From contig JBPCPM010000165.1 of the NCBI GenBank assembly GCA_050999155.1, positions 1-35,841 on the forward strand: a stretch of DNA of 35,841 bases, read 5' to 3'. Below, in pieces: positions 31,198-35,841 of this stretch. A program made the position numbers and the translations under genes. The notes under the pieces are model-generated. The model saw only the letters and a program-made list of their open reading frames with translations, did not search any database and had not been told where the DNA came from. Numbering within the stretch: the first letter of the stretch is position 1; each line of letters starts with the position of its first letter. The stretch is from Solirubrobacterales bacterium (GTDB taxonomy: Bacteria; Actinomycetota; Thermoleophilia; Solirubrobacterales; 70-9).

Positions 31198-31283
31198 CCC
31201 ACCGGTCGGGCTGCCTGGCCGGCGCAGCAACCCGCCGGCGTCACGTCGGCGGCCGGAGTGCCGAGCGCATACGCTGGCGGGAG

Positions 31284-31886
31284 ATGTTCGTCACCTTCGA
31301 GGGGATCGATCGCTCGGGCAAGAGCACCCAGGCCGCCCTGCTCGCCAAGCGCCTGGGCGACCGCGCGCTGCTGGTCCGCGAACCCGGGTCCACGCCGGTC
31401 GGCGAACGGGTGCGCGAGGTGCTCATCGACCCGGCCGTGGCGGTCGACCCGACGGCCGAGCTGCTGTTGTTCTGCGCCGCCCGGGCCCAGCTGGTGGCCG
31501 AGCGGATCCGCCCTGCGCTGGAGGAGGGGCTCACCGTGATCTGCGACCGCTTCACCGACTCCTCGGTCGCCTACCAGGGCGCCGGCCGAGGGCTGGGCGC
31601 CGAGCGCGTCCAGCGTCTGTGCGACGAGGCGACCGGCGGCCTGCAGCCCGGGCTGACGATCCTCGTCGACGTCGACCCGGAGATCGCCGCGACCCGCGCG
31701 GGATCCGGCCCGGACCGCTTCGAAGGCGAGGGCGCGGCCCTGCAGGAGCGCGTCGCCGCTGCCTACCGGCAGCTCGCCGCCACCCACCCCGCCCGGATCG
31801 TCGCCGTCGACGGGACGGCCACGACCGACCAGGTGGCCGCGTCGGTGGCGGCGATCATCGATCAGCGCGCCGGGGGACCGGCGTGA
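31284..31886 (+). CDS. tmk: Thymidylate kinase
   Basis: Sequence MFVTFEGIDRSGKSTQAALLAKRL…DRFTDSSVAYQGAGRG. The ATG at 31284 is in the frame of ORF 30843.., whose upstream part is antisense or non-coding. Confidence 0.85.
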   Translation: MFVTFEGIDRSGKSTQAALLAKRLGDRALLVREPGSTPVGERVREVLIDPAVAVDPTAELLLFCAARAQLVAERIRPALEEGLTVICDRFTDSSVAYQGAGRGLGAERVQRLCDEATGGLQPGLTILVDVDPEIAATRAGSGPDRFEGEGAALQERVAAAYRQLAATHPARIVAVDGTATTDQVAASVAAIIDQRAGGPA

Positions 31887-33037
31887 GCGACGCCGAGCAG
31901 CGCTTGGCCGCCACGCTCGGCCCGCAGCCTGCCGCGCTCGCGGCCCTCGTGGGCGCGCTGCGCAGCGGTCCGGTGGCCGCCTACCTGCTGGAGGGCCCGG
32001 CGGGCACCGGCAAGGCCGCGGCCGCCCGCGCGTTCGCCGCCGAGCTGCTGGCCGCCGAGGCCCCCGACCCTGACGACACGCGTCGCCGCGCGCTGGTCGT
32101 CCCCTCGCCGCACCCCGACCTCGTATGGCTCGAGCCCCCAGGCACCCAGCACCTCGTCGAGACCGTCCGCGAGCAGATCATCCGCCAGGCCGCCTTCCGG
32201 CCGTTCGAGGGCGCCCGCCGGGTCTTCGTCGTCGATGAGGCCCACGCCCTGCGCGAGGAGTCCCAGAACGCGCTGCTCAAGACGCTCGAGGAGCCACCGG
32301 CCTTTGCCCACTTCCTGCTCGTCAGCTCCGAGCCCGAGGCGCTGCTGGAGACCGTGGTCTCGCGCTGCGCCCACGCCCGCTTCGCACCGCTGTCGGTCGC
32401 GGCGATCGATGAGCAGCTCGCTGACCTCGGCGTCGACGGCGCCGAGCGCCAGGCCGCGGCACGGCTGGCCGGAGGGGATCTGCGGCGCGCCCGCTTCCTA
32501 CTGACGGCCGAGGGCCGAGGGCTCCGGGCGTCGATCGAGCAGATCGGAACCGCACTTTCCACGGGCAATGCTGCGTCGGCGCCCTGGGGGCAGATCGTCA
32601 GCGAGGCAGCCGCGGTCGGGCGCCAGGCGGCCGACGAGGCCCAGCAGCGGCTGCAGGTCGAGCTCGGCGACCTCCCGTCGCGCAGCCGGGAGTCGCGGCG
32701 GCTCGAGCGCGAGGCGCAGGAGCTGGCCAAGCGGGCCGAACGCCGGCGGCGCACGGACACGCTCGGCCTGGCCCTGGCGTTGCTGGCCCGGTGGGTCCGC
32801 GACCTCGGGGTGTGCGCGGCCGGGGCCGAGATCCATGCGTTCAACGTCGACCGGCTCGAGGCCCTCGGCGCCGCGGCGGCGGGCCTCGACCCCGGCGCCG
32901 CCCGCGATGGTGCCCTGATGGTCGCGGAAACCCGGCGCCGGCTGGACCTCAACGTCAACGAGGAGCTGGCGCTCGAAGCACTGATGTTCCGCCTCGAACC
33001 GGTGCTGTCTGCCCGCACCCGCGTGCCGGCCCCCTGA
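31883..33037 (+). CDS. holB: DNA polymerase III delta-prime subunit
   Basis: Sequence …AYLLEGPAGTGKAAAARAFAAELL…VVDEAHAL…NALLKTLEEPP…. The GTG start overlaps the tmk stop (GTGA). Confidence 0.8.
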   Translation: MSDAEQRLAATLGPQPAALAALVGALRSGPVAAYLLEGPAGTGKAAAARAFAAELLAAEAPDPDDTRRRALVVPSPHPDLVWLEPPGTQHLVETVREQIIRQAAFRPFEGARRVFVVDEAHALREESQNALLKTLEEPPAFAHFLLVSSEPEALLETVVSRCAHARFAPLSVAAIDEQLADLGVDGAERQAAARLAGGDLRRARFLLTAEGRGLRASIEQIGTALSTGNAASAPWGQIVSEAAAVGRQAADEAQQRLQVELGDLPSRSRESRRLEREAQELAKRAERRRRTDTLGLALALLARWVRDLGVCAAGAEIHAFNVDRLEALGAAAAGLDPGAARDGALMVAETRRRLDLNVNEELALEALMFRLEPVLSARTRVPAP

Positions 33038-33064
33038 GCGGGCCCGACGGGCACGCGGAAGCGA

Positions 33065-34825
33065 TTGGGCAGAATGAGCGGTATGCAGCAAGGACTTCGT
33101 GGACGACGCCTGCGGCCTCGCGGCCGGCGGATCGGCATGCGGTGGTGGCTGGCGGCGGCGTTCGCCCTGGTCGGGCTGATCACGGCGACGGCCGCGTTTC
33201 TGTTCGTCACCGACCAGAGCGGCAAGGTGCTCAACGAGCGCGCCGCGGAGATCGCCGTCGGACGGACGGTGCGGATCGCCCGGGAGCTGGGCGACACCGG
33301 CCGCTCGGGAAGCCGGGAGATCGTCAACCGGGAGTCGCGCCGGTTCAACGGCTTCACGCTGTGGGTCACCGACACGGTCGGAGACCCCATCACGCGCTCG
33401 CGGATCGAGGGGATCGACTTCACCAGCGTCGAGAACCAGGAGCAGGCCGTGAAGGTGGCGCTGGAGGGGAGCGCGTACGAGAACGACATCTCCGACGAGG
33501 GCCCGATCGTCGAGGCTTTCCCGATCCGCCGCGACGGACGCGTCGACGGGGCGCTGCTGACCCGGCTCGACGGCCTGCGAGAGTTCGAGGGGGTCCTGCC
33601 CCAGCTGCGCCGGGACGCGCTCACGGCGCTTGGCATCGCCGTCGGGGTGGCCATCGTGATCGGCGTGCTCGTCGCCAGCCTGATCGCCCGCCGGGTACGG
33701 CGACTGGCCCTGGCCGCCGAGGAGATGGAGGCAGGCCGGCTCGACACCCCGCTGGGCGAGACATGGCACGACGAGATCGGCGACCTGAGCCACGCGCTGG
33801 ACGGGATGCGCGAGGCGCTGCGCGACAGCTTCAACGTGCTCTCGTCCGAGCGCGACAAGCTCTCGACGATCTTCGCCGGGCTCCGGGACGCGGTGCTCGT
33901 CGTCGGCTACGACGGCGAGCTGCGCTTCACCAACCCAGCAGGCGAGCGGCTGCTGCACCGGGGCTCGCCGGTGACCGAGCTCCAGCCGCTGCTGCGCCGG
34001 GCGGCCGACCGGGGCAAGGCCGAGCAGCCCGACCTCGAGGTCGGCGACCGGATCTACGGTGTCCACGTGCGCGACCTGCCGGCCGAGCAGGCCGTCCTGG
34101 CCGCCGTGGGCGATCGCACGGCCGAGCTGCGTCGCGAACGAGCCGAGCGCGAGTTCGTCTCCAACGCCGCCCACGAGTTGCGCAATCCCATCGCCGGGAT
34201 CAGCACCACCGTCGAGGTCCTCCAGGACGGGGCCAAGGACGACCCCGACGCGCGGGAGATGTTCCTCGACCGGCTGACCGAGGACACCGACCGCCTGACG
34301 CGGATCATCACCGCGATGCTGACCCTCGCCCGGTGGGAGAACGTCGACCGGGGGGAGTCCGGGGTCGTCGACATCCCGGTGGCCGCGCGCGAGGCGCTGG
34401 CCCACGCCGAGACGCCGCCCGGCCTGGAGGTCCGCCTGGACCTCCCCGATGATCTTGCCGCCAACGGCGATCCGGTATTGCTTCGGCAGGTGTTGATAGG
34501 TCTGGTGTCGAACGCGTTCAAGCACACGGATCCGCCCGGGGTCGTCACCGTCCGCGGGCGCCAGGAGGGCACCCACCACGTCATGATCGAAGTCCAGGAC
34601 ACAGGAACCGGCATCCCGCCGGCCGAGCAGCCTCGCGTGTTCGAGCGCTTCTTCCGCGGTGAGGACTCCCGCAACCGCGAGGGCTTCGGCCTCGGCTTGG
34701 CGATCGCCAAGCGGATGGTCTCGGCCATGGACGGCGAGATCGGCGTCCGATCGTCCGCGGGCGAGGGCTCCACGTTCTGGGTCCGCCTGCCGTTGGGTCA
34801 CCACAGCCCCACCCCTGTCGCATGA
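33065..34825 (+). CDS. Sensor histidine kinase (2 TM, HAMP, PAS, HisKA, HATPase_c; PhoR/SenX3-like)
   Basis: The H-box is SNAAHELRNPIAGI. The HATPase segment is DTGTGIPPAEQPRVFERFFRG…GFGLGLAIAKRMV. The true start may be the ATG at 33074 or at 33137. Confidence 0.85.
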   Translation: MGRMSGMQQGLRGRRLRPRGRRIGMRWWLAAAFALVGLITATAAFLFVTDQSGKVLNERAAEIAVGRTVRIARELGDTGRSGSREIVNRESRRFNGFTLWVTDTVGDPITRSRIEGIDFTSVENQEQAVKVALEGSAYENDISDEGPIVEAFPIRRDGRVDGALLTRLDGLREFEGVLPQLRRDALTALGIAVGVAIVIGVLVASLIARRVRRLALAAEEMEAGRLDTPLGETWHDEIGDLSHALDGMREALRDSFNVLSSERDKLSTIFAGLRDAVLVVGYDGELRFTNPAGERLLHRGSPVTELQPLLRRAADRGKAEQPDLEVGDRIYGVHVRDLPAEQAVLAAVGDRTAELRRERAEREFVSNAAHELRNPIAGISTTVEVLQDGAKDDPDAREMFLDRLTEDTDRLTRIITAMLTLARWENVDRGESGVVDIPVAAREALAHAETPPGLEVRLDLPDDLAANGDPVLLRQVLIGLVSNAFKHTDPPGVVTVRGRQEGTHHVMIEVQDTGTGIPPAEQPRVFERFFRGEDSRNREGFGLGLAIAKRMVSAMDGEIGVRSSAGEGSTFWVRLPLGHHSPTPVA

Positions 34826-35517
34826 CCAACGGACGCATCCTCATAGCCGACGACGAACCCTCGGTCCGCGAGTCCGTCGCCTACGCCCTGCGCCAGGAGG
34901 GGTTCGAGGTCGGCCAGGCCGCCGACGGCTCGGACGCCGAGCAGAAGCTCGGCGACGAAAACTTCGACCTGCTGATCCTCGACATCATGATGCCCGGCAA
35001 GAGCGGCCTGGACATCTGCCGTGATGTCCGAGCCCGCAGCCCGGTCCCGATCATCCTGCTGACGGCCAAGGACGCCGAGGTCGACAAGGTCGTCGGGCTC
35101 GAGGTCGGCGCCGACGACTACGTGACCAAGCCGTTCTCGGTCCGCGAGCTCCTCGGCCGGGTGCGCGCACAGCTACGCCGCCGCGAGCTCGACCGGTCGC
35201 ACACCCACCAGGGCACCCGGGTCGACACCGAGACGGTCTCGATCGACCTCGCGCGGCACCTGGTATCGGTCCGCGGCCAGCCGACCAACCTCACCCGCTC
35301 GGAGTTCCAGGTCCTGCGGCTGCTGGCCGAGCATCCCGGCCAGGTCTTCTCCCGGCGCCAGATCATGGAGGAGCTGTGGCAGACCGACTTCTTCGGCGAC
35401 GTGCGGGCGTGCGACGTGCACATCTCCAACCTGCGCCAGAAGGTCGAGCGCGATCCCCAGGACCCCGAGCTCGTGGTCACGGTGCGGGGGGTCGGCTACA
35501 AGTTCTCCGACGGCTGA
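34822..35517 (+). CDS. OmpR/PhoB-family response regulator (RegX3/PhoP-like)
   Basis: The receiver is RILIADDEPSV…LLILDIMMPGKSGLD…LLTAKD. The winged-helix C-terminus ends …RGVGYKF. The ATG overlaps the kinase stop (ATGA). Confidence 0.9.
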   Translation: MTNGRILIADDEPSVRESVAYALRQEGFEVGQAADGSDAEQKLGDENFDLLILDIMMPGKSGLDICRDVRARSPVPIILLTAKDAEVDKVVGLEVGADDYVTKPFSVRELLGRVRAQLRRRELDRSHTHQGTRVDTETVSIDLARHLVSVRGQPTNLTRSEFQVLRLLAEHPGQVFSRRQIMEELWQTDFFGDVRACDVHISNLRQKVERDPQDPELVVTVRGVGYKFSDG

Positions 35518-35556
35518 GCCGGCCGGGCGCGGCTGGCCGCGGGCCTGCGTCCCCAG

Positions 35557-35829
35557 TCACTCCGCGCTGACCCGGACCTTGGTGTGCCCGTTGCCGCTGT
35601 GGCGGTGCGGGCGGACCTCCTGCGGCGGCTCGGGTGCGTCGACCACCCGGCTGGCCCCGGCGAAGTCGTGGAGGGTGCGCCGGTCGGAGCGGACCAGCCC
35701 GGCGACGTGGTCGACAACGAACAGGGCGACGAGGACCGCCAGCAGGACCGGCGGCCCGTCGGCCAGCGCCACCGCCAGCGCCCCCAGCAGCAGGCAGAAC
35801 GAGACCCCGCGGGCCAGGCCGGCCCGCAC
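35557..35829 (-). CDS. Possible C-terminal end of a membrane protein whose start lies beyond the right edge
   Basis: The minus-strand ORF is open to the window edge, with hydrophobic stretches (LLLGALAVALADGPPVLLAVLVALFVV). No start is resolvable inside the window. Confidence 0.3.
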   Translation of the reverse strand: MRAGLARGVSFCLLLGALAVALADGPPVLLAVLVALFVVDHVAGLVRSDRRTLHDFAGASRVVDAPEPPQEVRPHRHSGNGHTKVRVSAE

Positions 35830-35841
35830 TCCCGCCGGCCG

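Noticed and set aside
30843-31283. An N-terminal 147-codon extension of the tmk ORF.
   Set aside because: It overlaps the topA 3' end, is R/G-rich, and lacks the conserved MFVTFEGIDRSGKST start found at 31284.

Overview
This is a high-GC (about 70% or more) chromosomal segment that looks actinobacterial. Real genes show GC near 95% at codon third positions, which separates them from the many spurious R/G/P-rich ORFs in mirror frames. The content is mostly housekeeping. Left to right:

- a FabG4-like dehydrogenase (partial) and a thiolase, apparently one operon;
- a small hypothetical protein, a regulator-like gene fragment overlapped by a cupin gene, and a large LAxTG (sortase-type) cell-wall-anchored CocE/NonD-type hydrolase;
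- a saccharopine-dehydrogenase-like reductase and an aldo/keto reductase;
- several small membrane-protein genes surrounding a tRNA-Thr(CGU), which is abutted by a truncated luciferase-like (LLM) gene fragment;
- a flotillin (SPFH) operon, a glyoxalase-esterase pair and a ferritin-like DUF892 protein;
- a 450-bp non-coding region carrying two tandem copies of a 48-bp hairpin element;
- an nrdR-nrdJ operon in which the class II (B12-dependent) ribonucleotide reductase carries a 400-aa LAGLIDADG intein directly before the catalytic cysteine, with a CTAG-rich NrdR-box-like palindrome upstream;
- a lipoprotein-like gene, murB, a precorrin-2 dehydrogenase, and a divergent envelope pair (secreted Gly/Ser-rich protein; O-antigen-ligase-TPR protein);
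- galE, then the conserved topA-tmk-holB block, and a histidine kinase followed by a response regulator (senX3/regX3-like order).

No CRISPR array, integrase, transposase or recognisable defence system is visible. The most unusual items are the RNR intein, the tandem hairpin repeats, and two gene remnants (one next to the tRNA, one overlapped by the cupin gene).
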